DNA of 64,000 bases from an uncultured bacterium (GTDB lineage Bacteria; Patescibacteriota; Minisyncoccia; Phycocordibacterales; GWA1-40-21), in NCBI GenBank assembly GCA_963716205.1, contig OY970290.1, forward strand, positions 108,906-172,905. The letters run 5' to 3'. Shown here piece after piece: positions 1 to 13,747 of this stretch. Positions within the stretch are counted from its first letter, which is position 1. Each line of letters opens with the position of its first letter. A program made the translations under genes and the position numbers. The notes under the pieces were generated by a model, which worked only from the letters and a program-made list of their open reading frames with translations, did not search any database and was not told the DNA's origin.

Positions 1-200
1 CGGTCAAAGTCGAGATACCGAAAGGATTGAAAGTGACTTCAGAAAAAGAAGTAATCGTCATAAGCGGAATAAACAGGGAATTGGTAAGCAGTTTCGCCGC
101 AAGCGTCCGGGCGATAAAAAAACCGGAACCCTATAAAGGCAAAGGTATCAGATTTGAGAAGGAAGTTGTCAGACGAAAGGAAGGAAAGAAAACCGCCTAA
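1..200 (+). CDS. rplF: 50S ribosomal protein uL6, C-terminal part (5'-truncated by window)
   Basis: Frame from base 3 reads ...[30 protein letters not shown], the L6 signature PEPYKGKGI; directly upstream of rplR. Confidence 0.95.
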   Translation, partial: VKVEIPKGLKVTSEKEVIVISGINRELVSSFAASVRAIKKPEPYKGKGIRFEKEVVRRKEGKKTA

Positions 201-226
201 TCCAAAGAGCACTCAAAAATAAAAAA

Positions 227-577
227 ATGAAAAGAGTCAATAATAAAATAACAAAAATCCAGACACGACACGCGCGCATCAGAGCAAAGATTTCCGGAAC
301 TCCCGAGATGCCGAGATTTTGCGTGTATAAATCAAACACATCGGTCTACGGACAGATTATTGATGACACCAAAGGCATGACGCTTGCCGCATATTCGGCG
401 GACAAAGCAAAAGGAAAAGGCTTGGTGGAAAAATCAAAAAATGCTGGTATTGAAATCGCCAAGCTTGCGATCGCAAAAGGAATTAAAAAAGTCGTTTTTG
501 ACCGCGGCGGATTTATTTACACCGGCAAGATCAAGTCCTTTGCCGATGGCGCAAGAGAAGGCGGACTTATATTTTAA
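227..577 (+). CDS. rplR: 50S ribosomal protein uL18
   Basis: RHARIRAKISGT..PRFCVYKSN and VVFDRGGFIYTGKIKSFADGAREGGL motifs; spc operon order. Confidence 0.97.
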   Translation: MKRVNNKITKIQTRHARIRAKISGTPEMPRFCVYKSNTSVYGQIIDDTKGMTLAAYSADKAKGKGLVEKSKNAGIEIAKLAIAKGIKKVVFDRGGFIYTGKIKSFADGAREGGLIF

Positions 578-585
578 TAAAAATT

Positions 586-1281
586 ATGGATACCACAGAA
601 GTAAAAACAAATACTAAAGCTTCGATTGCACCGATTCAAACAGGTGCTGCTGAACCCGCAAAAAATACCGTTGCCGATACTAGAAAACCTTTTGCAAGAA
701 AGGGATTGGAAGGCGATAGGGTTAAAAATTATCGAAGAAACTCCGGACCGAGAGTGGAGCGCGTGAAGCCGGAATTCGATCAGAAAATTCTCAATATCAG
801 AAGAGTCACCCGAGTGACCAAAGGCGGAAAGCGGATGAACTTCAGTATTTGCATGGTTGTCGGAAACAGAAAGGGATCCGTCGGTGTCGGCACGGGCAAA
901 GCCAATGACACATCGGCTGCCATCGATAAGGCATATCGAAACGCCAAGAAAAATGCGATCCAACTGAATCTGACAAAAACCATGTCTATTCCTCACGATG
1001 TTTCCGCGAAATATTCAAGCGGCAGAGTGATCATCATGCCGGCGCCGGGACGCGGAGTTTCCGCCGGAAGTGCCGTCAAAAATGTCATTGAGCTTGCCGG
1101 CATCAACGATGTCAGCGCAAAAATCATTTCTCCTTCAAAAAATAAATTGAATATTTCCCGCGCAGCCGTCCTCGCGCTTTCAGTTTTTGATAAAAGAAAA
1201 TTTGCCGGAGAACAAAAAGCAAAAGATGCCGAAATCAAAAAAGAGGGTGAAAATAAAAAAGAAGAGAAAGCTGAAAAATAA
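586..1281 (+). CDS. rpsE: 30S ribosomal protein uS5 with N- and C-terminal extensions
   Basis: IRRVTRVTKGGKRMNFS, VGVGTGKA, MPAPGRGVSAGSAVK motifs. Confidence 0.97.
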   Translation: MDTTEVKTNTKASIAPIQTGAAEPAKNTVADTRKPFARKGLEGDRVKNYRRNSGPRVERVKPEFDQKILNIRRVTRVTKGGKRMNFSICMVVGNRKGSVGVGTGKANDTSAAIDKAYRNAKKNAIQLNLTKTMSIPHDVSAKYSSGRVIIMPAPGRGVSAGSAVKNVIELAGINDVSAKIISPSKNKLNISRAAVLALSVFDKRKFAGEQKAKDAEIKKEGENKKEEKAEK

Positions 1282-1285
1282 ATTT

Positions 1286-1726
1286 ATGAAAATACACGAA
1301 CTCAAAAGAAAAACAAAGAACAAGAAATTTCCGCTCATCGGTCGCGGAGGAAAAAGAGGCAAAACATCCGGTCGCGGAGGAAAAGGGCAGACTGCCCGCG
1401 CGGGACACAAAGCGCGACCGGAGATGCGCGATACGATCAAAAGAATGCCAAAGCTTCGCGGTCACGGCAAAAACAGCAATCTTTCATATCAGAAAAAGCC
1501 GTTCGTCGTCAATGTCGGCGATCTTGAAAAAATTTTTGCAACTGGTGCAAAAATCACGCCGCAAACGCTTGTCAAAAAGAACGTGGTAAAAATGGAAGCG
1601 GGAAAAAATCCCGTCATTAAAATCCTTGCACTCGGTGACATTACAAAGAAATTCATCGTTGAACAATGTGCTGTTTCAGTAGAAGCAAAAGCAAAAATAG
1701 AGAAAGCTGGAGGTTCTGTAAAATAA
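1286..1726 (+). CDS. rplO: 50S ribosomal protein uL15 (start re-called at ATG 1286)
   Basis: MKIHELK...IGRGGKRGKTSGRGGKGQTARAG...AKAKIEKAGGSV; ATG 4 nt after rpsE stop, leaving no room for rpmD. Confidence 0.95.
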   Translation: MKIHELKRKTKNKKFPLIGRGGKRGKTSGRGGKGQTARAGHKARPEMRDTIKRMPKLRGHGKNSNLSYQKKPFVVNVGDLEKIFATGAKITPQTLVKKNVVKMEAGKNPVIKILALGDITKKFIVEQCAVSVEAKAKIEKAGGSVK

Positions 1727-1736
1727 TTTCATTTAT

Positions 1737-3008
1737 ATGAATTTTTGGAGCAAAACGAAATTAATTTGGGAAGACAAAGGTCTGAGGAACAGATTGCTTT
1801 TCCTTGCATTTGCTCTTGTCATCTCGCGATTGCTCGCGACGATTCCGATTCCGGGAATCGATGCGGCGAAGCTCAATGAATTCTTTTCCGGAAGCGAATT
1901 TTTCAGCTTCTTGAATATTTTTTCCGGCGGCGGTATGTCTCGGCTTTCCATCGTCATGCTCGGTGTCAGCCCTTATATTACTGCATCGGTCGCGATGCAG
2001 CTTTTGACGATGATTTCTGGAAAATTAAAATCAATGTATCAGGAAGAAGGCGAAGCAGGCAGAAGCAAATTCAACCAGATTTCGAGAGTTATCACGGTGC
2101 CGATTGCCTTGATCCAGGCATTCGGATTTTTGGCTTTGCTCGCGAGTTCTGGAATCATTTCCAATCTGACCCACACTCAGCTTATCGTCAATGTCATTGT
2201 CATTACCGCGGGCTCGATGCTTTTCATGTGGATCGGTGAATTAATGACGGAATTCGGCATCGGGAACGGTGTCTCACTTCTTATTTTTGCCGGAATTGTC
2301 GCTACTTTGCCGAATACCATCACCCAATTGAGTTTGATTTTTAATGTGTCGCAGATACCGATGTATATTTTGTTCGCGGCATTTTCACTTCTCGTCATTT
2401 ACGGCGTCGTATATATTTCGGAAGCTGAAAGACCGGTGCCGGTCACTTATGCGAAAACAATCCGCGGCTCAAAAGTTTCTGGAGGAATTTCCACCTATCT
2501 TCCGCTGCGGGTCAATCAGGCCGGAGTCATGCCCATTATTTTCGGCATGTCCATACTTCTTTTTCCGCAGATGATATTCAAATACGTGGCGCAGCTTGTG
2601 ACGAATCCGACGATAAAATCAGTTTCCTCCACGCTCAATAATTGGATTTCCAATCCATGGATTTATGCGGCGCTGTATTTTGTTCTCGTTTTTCTTTTCA
2701 CGTATTTTTACACTGCGGTCACTTTTGATCCGGATCAAATATCCAAAAATCTCCAGCAATCTGGAGCGTTCGTTCCGGGAGTCAGGCCGGGGGAAGCAAC
2801 ATCAGAATATTTGGGTAAAGTCCTGACACGAATCACTTTGCTTGGGGCAAGTTTTCTTGCAATTGTCGCGGTATTGCCGCTTGCCGTGAGATCAATCACC
2901 GGCATTACATCGCTTGCCGTCGGCGGCACAGCTCTTCTTATCGTTGTTTCAGTCGTCATTGATTTGATCAAGAAAATTGATGCGCAGATCACGATGCGGG
3001 AATATTAG
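1737..3008 (+). CDS. secY: Preprotein translocase subunit SecY
   Basis: LGVSPYITAS, GIGNGVSLLIFAGI, NQAGVMPIIF, FVPGVRPG, GGTALLIVV motifs; multiple TM segments. Confidence 0.98.
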   Translation: MNFWSKTKLIWEDKGLRNRLLFLAFALVISRLLATIPIPGIDAAKLNEFFSGSEFFSFLNIFSGGGMSRLSIVMLGVSPYITASVAMQLLTMISGKLKSMYQEEGEAGRSKFNQISRVITVPIALIQAFGFLALLASSGIISNLTHTQLIVNVIVITAGSMLFMWIGELMTEFGIGNGVSLLIFAGIVATLPNTITQLSLIFNVSQIPMYILFAAFSLLVIYGVVYISEAERPVPVTYAKTIRGSKVSGGISTYLPLRVNQAGVMPIIFGMSILLFPQMIFKYVAQLVTNPTIKSVSSTLNNWISNPWIYAALYFVLVFLFTYFYTAVTFDPDQISKNLQQSGAFVPGVRPGEATSEYLGKVLTRITLLGASFLAIVAVLPLAVRSITGITSLAVGGTALLIVVSVVIDLIKKIDAQITMREY

Positions 3009-3052
3009 AAAACACAAAAAGAGCACAAAATTTTGTGCTCTTTTTGTGTTTT
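3009..3052. terminator. Perfect 44-bp palindrome after secY (probable bidirectional intrinsic terminator)
   Basis: AAAACACAAAAAGAGCACAAAA|TTTTGTGCTCTTTTTGTGTTTT: 22-bp arms, no spacer. Confidence 0.75.
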
Positions 3053-3077
3053 AGGCGATTTTTGCTATACTCATTTT

Positions 3078-3707
3078 ATGATTACGATATTAAAAAAAGA
3101 AGATGCAATATATAAAAACATGCCGCCGATGGCATATGTTTTCATGGGAAGATCCGGCTCCGGCAAGGGCACGCAGGTCCAATTGCTCAAAGACGAATTT
3201 ACGAAAAAAAAAGTTAAATTTCTCCACATTGAAACCGGAGCACTTCTGCGCGAATATGCAAAAGGAGATTCGTATGTGCAGCGCATCGTCAGAAATTTGA
3301 TACAGTCGGGAGAGCTTGCGCCGGACCCAGTCATTATCGGATTGTGGATCAATTATATTGTCAGAAATTTTACCGGAAAAGAGCAGCTGATTTTTGACGG
3401 CGCACCGAGAAAACTCATCGAGGCAGTTTTTCTCGACAGCACGATGAGATTTTTAAACATACATAAATATCAGGTTCTCTATATCGATGTGTCCCGCGAA
3501 ACATGCATCAAACGCCTTACCTCGCGAAGCAGGAGCGATGATGTTGCAAGCGCGATAGAAAACCGCATGAATTGGTTTGACCGAGATGTTATGCCGGCTT
3601 TGGAATTTTTCAGAACCAACAAAGACTGCATTGTTACCGGCATCAATGGTGAACAGAAGCCCGAGGCGATTCATCAGGAAATCATGATAAAGATCCATCT
3701 GTTATAA
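3078..3707 (+). CDS. adk: Adenylate/nucleoside monophosphate kinase, short-LID type
   Basis: P-loop GRSGSGKGT, HIETGALLR, FDGAPR, SRSRSDD; secY-adk-map synteny. Start placed at ATG 3078 after TGCTATACT. Confidence 0.85.
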   Translation: MITILKKEDAIYKNMPPMAYVFMGRSGSGKGTQVQLLKDEFTKKKVKFLHIETGALLREYAKGDSYVQRIVRNLIQSGELAPDPVIIGLWINYIVRNFTGKEQLIFDGAPRKLIEAVFLDSTMRFLNIHKYQVLYIDVSRETCIKRLTSRSRSDDVASAIENRMNWFDRDVMPALEFFRTNKDCIVTGINGEQKPEAIHQEIMIKIHLL

Positions 3708-4478
3708 ATGGTTACTATAAAAACAAAAGAAGAAATAGCGATCTTACGCGAGGGAGGAAAGCGCCTGGCATTCATATTGGTTGAATTGAAAAATGCGGTG
3801 AAGCCGGGAGTTTCGACAAGTGATTTAAATTTGCTTGCGGATAAACTTGCAAAAGAAAAAGGAGACACGGCATCGCTTCTTGGCTATCGGCCGAAAGGCG
3901 CGAAGCGTCCGTATCCGGCATCCGTCTGCGTTTCTCTCAACGATGAAGTGGTGCATGGAATTCCGAATGAAAATCCGAAAATTCTCAAAGAGGGCGACAT
4001 TATTTCTTTTGACATGTGCCTGACCCATAAAGGGCTCATCACCGACTCTGCGATTACGGTGCCGGTCGGAAAAATTGATGCGTCCGCGAAAAAATTGATT
4101 GCCGTTACGGAAGAATCTTTATATGCCGGCATCAAATCAGCAAAAGGCGAGAAACATATCGGTGATATCGGTTTTGGTGTTGAGCGGGTGGCGAAAGCAA
4201 ATGGTTTCTCAATCGTTGAAGATCTCTGCGGCCACGGTGTCGGATACAAAGTCCACGAAGATCCGTATATTCCGAATTATGGCAGCAAAAGCAGCGGCGA
4301 AAAATTAAAACCGGGAATGGTTTTGGCAATAGAGCCAATGCTTACCGCGGGCGCAAAAAATGTCTATCTGGATAAAGACGGCTATACCTACAAAACCGTG
4401 GATGGATCGCTCAGTGCGCATTTCGAGCATACGATTGTCATTACGAATGGCGAGCCGGAAATTTTGACGAAACTGTAA
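3708..4478 (+). CDS. map: Methionine aminopeptidase type I
   Basis: CVSLNDEVVHGIP, DSAIT, GHGVG..VHEDP, AIEPM, SAHFEHT metal-ligand motifs. Confidence 0.97.
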   Translation: MVTIKTKEEIAILREGGKRLAFILVELKNAVKPGVSTSDLNLLADKLAKEKGDTASLLGYRPKGAKRPYPASVCVSLNDEVVHGIPNENPKILKEGDIISFDMCLTHKGLITDSAITVPVGKIDASAKKLIAVTEESLYAGIKSAKGEKHIGDIGFGVERVAKANGFSIVEDLCGHGVGYKVHEDPYIPNYGSKSSGEKLKPGMVLAIEPMLTAGAKNVYLDKDGYTYKTVDGSLSAHFEHTIVITNGEPEILTKL

Positions 4479-4479
4479 A

Positions 4480-5502
4480 TCAATTATTGTTCGTATTTTC
4501 GTAATTATATACCAATGCGGAAATATCTTTAATGATACTCGCAAGGTCGGCTTCGCTTGCATCAGGATATCCTTTCGTCATAACACAGATAGTATAAGGA
4601 TTTTCGGCATAAACAATTCCGCAGTCGTGAAGTTCTGTTGCAGTGACTGCGCCTGTCGCATCAGTATCGACTCGTTCGCCGTATTTGTGGGATACAACAA
4701 TATTTGAAGGGATGCCGGCAACGAGAGCGCTGGTGAATGTCGTATGGCTCATGAGCGACAAAGCCTGTTCAGAATCGGCATCAGTCAAATAAGTCGTGTT
4801 ATATAAAATTCTCAAAAATGTTGAATAGTTTTTTGCGGAGATCGTAAAATCCGGTACCTCACTCGGCACCTCAATATTGAGATCATGATAAATATCATTG
4901 AGAATTGTTTGATTGGAATTATCCAAAAGCAAAGTTTCGGCACCGTTGTCGGAGTTCTCAATCATGTTGGTAATCAAATCTTTGACACCGTACGTTTTAC
5001 CTACAATCATGTTTGAAGGAAGATTAAAATCAATTGCATTTGCTTGATCCGCTATTGTTTTTGTATACACAAAATTTTGATTTAAGATTGACGGATCGAG
5101 CTGATCTTGGCGATAATAGGCAATCATAATGAGTACTTTCATCATGCTTCCCGGATGATATTGCGCATCTGCATTGACTCCTGCCCAGCTGTTTCCTGAA
5201 AGACTTGAAATATACACGGATATACTTTGCGCTTTTTGATTATCATATTCATTTTGCACGTAGCCGGTGATTTTCTGCTCAAGTATTTTATCTTCAAGAT
5301 AATATTTCGCATTGCCGAAATCGTAGCGGAGGAATGGAAAAACAAATTGATAGTCAAAATTATTTTCCCTGACGGGTTTGATGTTTTCAATCAGATTTTC
5401 TGTGTGCGCATTGTCACGGACAGCGCTTATCCAAAAACCTGCGCCAAAAGCAACGGCAAAAATGATAACGGATAATAATATGATATGCACTCGGCTTTTC
5501 AT
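4480..5502 (-). CDS. Membrane-anchored serine hydrolase, class A beta-lactamase-like fold
   Basis: N-terminal TM helix; SxxK (GSMMK), SDN, and HKYG in place of KTG; ELHDCGIVY..PYTICVMT. Confidence 0.8.
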   Translation of the reverse strand: MKSRVHIILLSVIIFAVAFGAGFWISAVRDNAHTENLIENIKPVRENNFDYQFVFPFLRYDFGNAKYYLEDKILEQKITGYVQNEYDNQKAQSISVYISSLSGNSWAGVNADAQYHPGSMMKVLIMIAYYRQDQLDPSILNQNFVYTKTIADQANAIDFNLPSNMIVGKTYGVKDLITNMIENSDNGAETLLLDNSNQTILNDIYHDLNIEVPSEVPDFTISAKNYSTFLRILYNTTYLTDADSEQALSLMSHTTFTSALVAGIPSNIVVSHKYGERVDTDATGAVTATELHDCGIVYAENPYTICVMTKGYPDASEADLASIIKDISALVYNYENTNNN

Positions 5503-5544
5503 AGTGAATATTTTATCATAGCTGTGATATAATCAAACCACGGT

Positions 5545-8322
5545 ATGGCAGAGACTTTTATTCCCGAAAAATTGGAGCAAAAATTCAAAAACCCGCAGGA
5601 GGAGCTGGAATTTTTGCGCGCGCAGGTAATGCAACATGAAAAAGCGCTTGCAGAAAGAAATGAAACTCCGCTTCATGATGAAGTCATTCATCATGAGCTC
5701 GCTATTCATGCGGACAGGAAAAAAGACGATGTACTCGACAAGGATTATGTTCTGAAAAATCATGAAACGGAAGCGATTGTACTTGATTTGTCGCCGGAGG
5801 AGCATGATGCGAAAATTGCCGAACTTATTACGATTTTACAGGAGAAAGGCATTCTCAATACTCTTGCCGTCGTGGAAAAAATGAAAGATTCCCACGTGGA
5901 AGATGATTTTCAGCGATTTCTTGTCCAATACATCAAATCCGGTTTTTCTGTCGGAAAAAATGAAAAAGGTCCGGTCTGGCGCGCGCTTCACATGACCTTG
6001 TTTGAAGTTTCGCTTCCGGGAATTGCAAAAGACGACACGCAAAAAGGAAAGCATTTGAAGGAGCTTATTTCGAAAATGGAACAGTTTTATGCCGGCATGC
6101 TTTCCGTCGAATCAAATGATACCGACGGCGCGGGATATTTTTCGCTTGAGCTTGCGAGCGGAAATCATTCGAGCGAGATTATTTTTTATATCGCGGTGCC
6201 GGACGCAAAAAAATCGCTTTTTGAAAAACAGGCGCAGTCCATATTTCCCGATGTAAAAATCGTGGAGAAAAATGACGACTATAATATTTTCAATGAAGAA
6301 GGCGACTATGTCGGCTCGCAGGTGGAATTTCAGACGAATGATATTTTTCCGATAAAAACATACGGCGAATATGACTATGATCCGCTCAATGTTATTTTGA
6401 ACAGTTTTTCCAAAGTCGATAAAGACGGCGAGGGCGCTGCGATACAGATTATTGTTAAGCCAGCCAAATCGAAAACAATGAGTTTCTACAAGCGCGTGCT
6501 GAAAGAAATGGAAAAAGGTGACAAATTCAAAGATGCGCTCGAAAAAGCGGACTCATCGCTTTTCACGGTTTTGAAAGGAGTGGGAAAGGAACTCGTCAGT
6601 TCCGGTTCAAAAAAAGACGACAAAAAAACCGACAACACAGCTTCCAACCAAATGCCGATTGAACAAATCAAAAACAAAATCGCAAGCCCGCTTGTCAATA
6701 TCAATATCCGCATCATGGCGAGCGCGGTGACAAGGGAAGAAGCTGCAGCAATTCTTTCCGACATTGAATCTGCGTTCAATCAGTTTGAAAATACCAACGG
6801 CAACAAATTTATTTTTGATCGCATTGAAGGCAAAAATCTCCTGAACATGACACGCGATTTTTCATTTAGGATTTTCAGCGAAAAGAGCGCACTCTCGCTT
6901 AATCTCAAAGAATTGACCACTGTGATGCACTTGCCGGAAGTTGATTTTGCAAATACATCAGCGCTCAAACAATCCGTGGCAAATACCGCGCCGGCACCGC
7001 TTGATCTGCCGCAAAAAGGAATTCTGCTCGGAGTGAACAAATACCGCAACATCGAAACTCCAATTCATATAACTCCCGAAGATCGCTTGCGGCATTTCTA
7101 TATCATCGGTCAGACCGGCACCGGTAAGACGACGCTTTTGAAGACGATGATCCGCCAGGATATTTTAGCCGGTGAAGGCGTCTGCATGATCGATCCGCAC
7201 GGAAGCGATATCCAAGAAGTGCTTTCATTCATCCCGCCGGAGCGATATAAAGATGTGATTTATTTTGATCCGAGCTATACCGAGCGACCGATGGGACTCA
7301 ACATGCTCGAATATGACAGAAGATTTCCGGAACAAAAAACATTCGTGGTGAATGAAATGCTTTCCATTTTCAATAAATTATTCGATATGAAAACCGCCGG
7401 CGGTCCGATGTTCGAGCAGTATTTCCGAAATGCCGTCATGCTGGTAATCGAAGATCCGGAAACCGGTTCGACACTTCTTGATGTTTCCCGCGTGCTTTCT
7501 GACAAGGTGTATCGCGAATTGAAATTGTCCAAATGTAAAAATCCGATTGTCATTCAATTTTGGCGCGAGATTGCGGGCAAAGCCGGCGGGGAAGCGTCAC
7601 TTGCAAATATTGTGCCATATATCACGAGCAAGTTTGATGTTTTTCTTTCCAATGAAATCATGCGGCCGATTGTTTCCCAGGAAAAGTCCGCGTTTGATTT
7701 CCGCGATATCATGGACAATAAAAAAATTCTTCTCGTCAATTTGGCAAAAGGAAGGCTTGGCGATATCAATTCCAATCTCATCGGCCTTATTATTGTTGGC
7801 AAGATTTTGATGGCGGCGCTTTCACGCACGGATTCATTTGGAGAAAACTTTCCACCGTTTTATCTCTATATTGATGAATTCCAAAATGTCACAACGGATT
7901 CAATCTCGACGATCTTATCCGAAGCGAGAAAATATAAACTCGCCCTTACCGTGGCGCACCAGTTCATTGCTCAGCTGGATGAAAAGATAAAAAATTCCGT
8001 TTTCGGAAATGTCGGCTCGATGGCGGTGTTCCGTGTCAGCTCGGAGGATTCGGAATATTTGGTCAAACAATTCGCGCCGGTATTTACCGCAAATGATCTG
8101 ATGAATATCGATAATCACAATTCGTATGTGAAGCTTCTTGCAAACGGCAGGCCGGCAAAGCCATTCTCTATGGAGACCAATTTGCCTCCGCGCGGCAACA
8201 AACTGTTGCTTGAAAAAATAAAAGAAATTTCGTATCTTGCGTATGGCAGAGACAGGGCAGAAGTTGAGGAAGAAATATTGGCAAAATATAAAAAGCCGGA
8301 GCCGGCAATGCCGAAAATATAA
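5545..8322 (+). CDS. VirB4/TraG-TraD/HerA-like P-loop ATPase with long N-terminal extension
   Basis: DRLRHFYIIGQTGTGKTT (Walker A), IDPHG, LYIDEFQ (Walker B), LSEARKY, AHQFIAQL, VFGNVGS. Confidence 0.85.
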   Translation: MAETFIPEKLEQKFKNPQEELEFLRAQVMQHEKALAERNETPLHDEVIHHELAIHADRKKDDVLDKDYVLKNHETEAIVLDLSPEEHDAKIAELITILQEKGILNTLAVVEKMKDSHVEDDFQRFLVQYIKSGFSVGKNEKGPVWRALHMTLFEVSLPGIAKDDTQKGKHLKELISKMEQFYAGMLSVESNDTDGAGYFSLELASGNHSSEIIFYIAVPDAKKSLFEKQAQSIFPDVKIVEKNDDYNIFNEEGDYVGSQVEFQTNDIFPIKTYGEYDYDPLNVILNSFSKVDKDGEGAAIQIIVKPAKSKTMSFYKRVLKEMEKGDKFKDALEKADSSLFTVLKGVGKELVSSGSKKDDKKTDNTASNQMPIEQIKNKIASPLVNINIRIMASAVTREEAAAILSDIESAFNQFENTNGNKFIFDRIEGKNLLNMTRDFSFRIFSEKSALSLNLKELTTVMHLPEVDFANTSALKQSVANTAPAPLDLPQKGILLGVNKYRNIETPIHITPEDRLRHFYIIGQTGTGKTTLLKTMIRQDILAGEGVCMIDPHGSDIQEVLSFIPPERYKDVIYFDPSYTERPMGLNMLEYDRRFPEQKTFVVNEMLSIFNKLFDMKTAGGPMFEQYFRNAVMLVIEDPETGSTLLDVSRVLSDKVYRELKLSKCKNPIVIQFWREIAGKAGGEASLANIVPYITSKFDVFLSNEIMRPIVSQEKSAFDFRDIMDNKKILLVNLAKGRLGDINSNLIGLIIVGKILMAALSRTDSFGENFPPFYLYIDEFQNVTTDSISTILSEARKYKLALTVAHQFIAQLDEKIKNSVFGNVGSMAVFRVSSEDSEYLVKQFAPVFTANDLMNIDNHNSYVKLLANGRPAKPFSMETNLPPRGNKLLLEKIKEISYLAYGRDRAEVEEEILAKYKKPEPAMPKI

Positions 8323-8343
8323 ATTATTAATTAAAAAATAAAA

Positions 8344-8916
8344 ATGAAAAACGAACGAACATTTGTGATGGTGAAGCCCGATGGAGTACAGAGATCTTTG
8401 ATAGGGGAGATTATTGGAAGATTTGAGAGGGTTGGATTAAAGCTGGTGGCGATGAAAATGATTTTGCCGAGCGCAGAGCTCGTAGAAAAGCATTACACAC
8501 TTGATCCCAATTGGTTCAAGACAAATGGAGAAAAGACGCTTGCCGGTTATATCAAAAAAGGAATCACTCCACCATCGCATGATCCGATTGTTCTCGCACA
8601 AGCAACATTAAGACGTCTTGCACTCTATATGTCGAGCGGTCCCGTGGTAGCTATGGTTTGGCAAGGGGCGCATGCTGTTGGTATTGTCAGAAAATTAATT
8701 GGAGGAACTGAACCTCTTACTTCAGACGTGGGAACAGTGCGAGGAGATTTTGTTTTGGATTCATACCAGCTTGCTGATACGGATGACCGAGCAGTGAGAA
8801 ACCTTGTTCATGCATCCGGCTCACCAAAAGAAGCAGAGGATGAAATCAATCTCTGGCTGACAAAAAAAGATCTGATTGACTATCGATTGGTCCAGGAAGC
8901 GATCTTGTACGAATAA
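8344..8916 (+). CDS. ndk: Nucleoside diphosphate kinase
   Basis: ERTFVMVKPDGVQR, SGPVVAMVW, GTVRGDF, RNLVHAS (catalytic His). Confidence 0.95.
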   Translation: MKNERTFVMVKPDGVQRSLIGEIIGRFERVGLKLVAMKMILPSAELVEKHYTLDPNWFKTNGEKTLAGYIKKGITPPSHDPIVLAQATLRRLALYMSSGPVVAMVWQGAHAVGIVRKLIGGTEPLTSDVGTVRGDFVLDSYQLADTDDRAVRNLVHASGSPKEAEDEINLWLTKKDLIDYRLVQEAILYE

Positions 8917-8926
8917 ACTTATCTAT

Positions 8927-8955
8927 TTGCATTTTGAACAAAGCGGCTGTAATAT
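8927..8955 (+). promoter_or_regulatory. sigma70-type promoter for the 9007 gene
   Basis: TTGCAT-N17-TAATAT. Confidence 0.5.
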
Positions 8956-9006
8956 TGAAACAGACGCTTTTTTCTTGAAAAATAAATAGAGAGAAGGAGA
9001 TTGAAA

Positions 9007-9759
9007 ATGAAACAGCCATACGTTGGCATCACCGGATTCCTGCTGTCTTCCGAAATTGAACTTATTATGAAACATTTTGAGACGATGTCCCGATCTGGTC
9101 GTTTGCTGATGGTTGGTGTTCTTGCAAGTTCACGAGATATGAAACATCGGCATCCGAATCGTTATCCGAACGAAGATTAAATTCCACTTATTTTTTCGAG
9201 ACATGATTTTCTTTTGAATCTGATTCATTACCATACAAACCAACCGGAAATTTTACTCGAAGAGCTTCGATGGATGACCGAAAAAGGAGATTCAAATCTT
9301 GATGGTTTTCAGTTGAATATGGCGTGGCCGAATCCGCGAGCCCTTGAGAAATACTGTCGTGCATATTCCGATATGCAGATTGTTTTGCAAATCGGTAATC
9401 ATGCTCTCGATATTGTTCATTATTCACCGGGCTTACTTGCTGAAAAGGTGAAAGAATACGATGGACTTATCGAGTATGTCCTTTTGGATGAAAGTGGCGG
9501 TCTCGGAAAACTTTTGGATGTGAAAAAAACAAGACGTTATCTTGATGCTCTTGCCGAAACGGGTATGGACATCGGTCTTGGCATCGCAGGCGGTCTTGGA
9601 CCATCAACACTTGATCATATCGACTTGCTTGCGAAAGATTTTCCGTCTCTTAGTATTGATGCCGAAGGTCGTCTGCGAGACCAGAATGATCATCTTGATC
9701 TGAATGTCACGCAAGAATATCTTCGCAAAGCTTTGGAGATTTTTTCCAACAAAGTTTAG
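9007..9759 (+). pseudogene. TrpF/PRAI-like TIM-barrel protein interrupted by in-frame TAA at 9178-9180
   Basis: ATG 9007 gives MKQPYVGITGF...RYPNED*IPLIFSRHDFLLNLIHY..., in frame with the 9214 ORF; QLN, LLDESGGLG, GIAGGLGP, SIDAEGRLR resemble PRAI-type barrel motifs. Confidence 0.7.
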
Positions 9760-9886
9760 TCTCTTTAAAAAAGTTTTATAAACACTCTCGTTTTGGCGGG
9801 GGTGTTTTATTTTACGTTGCAAAATAAGGCTTAAATCAAAATCTGGTTCTTATACACAGGAAATCCCCAAAATCGCCATATTTTCC

Positions 9887-9914
9887 TTGACTTTATTTTC
9901 ATTTCCTATATACT
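9887..9914 (+). promoter_or_regulatory. Promoter of the 23S-5S transcription unit
   Basis: TTGACT-N16-TATACT, same -35 and spacing as the 16S promoter. Confidence 0.7.
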
Positions 9915-10298
9915 CTTTGAACACAGAAATTATGTTTACAAAGAACCAATTTACTAAGCGGCTTCTATAGATGCATCTTTGATGTTGTCTCTACGAGCCG
10001 CCGAAAGGCGGTTTTTTAAATTCTGAACGACTGAAACTTGTCAATTAAATTCTGTCCTCGCATCACCAATTTTATCCATGATAAGTGGATACGAAGGGTC
10101 TTTTATAGATGCGGGAGACAGGCAGGTGAGTCAGGCAACTTTTTTTGAAGAGAGTTGCACTGACTTAAAACTTATCAAAATATTAATTTATTTTGATGAG
10201 CAATCTGTTATATGAATTAATTTTATATAACAGGTTAAAACATGATATCGTATCCGTTGCAAAACGGATGACGAAGAATTGTGGTTTTTAAATTTCCT

Positions 10299-13641
<3,343 letters not shown>

Positions 13642-13747
13642 AGGAAATTTAAAAAGTCACGTTCGCATGTTTTAACCTGTTATGTGAAATGAATTCAAAA
13701 AATATTTTTTTGAGTGATTTTCACAGTAGTTTGAGTTGAATTTTTTG

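Noticed and set aside
9920-10298. Separate ncRNA (SRP, RNase P, tmRNA) in the 23S leader
   Set aside because: Hairpin-rich but none of the diagnostic motifs recognised; explained as rRNA leader and processing stem.
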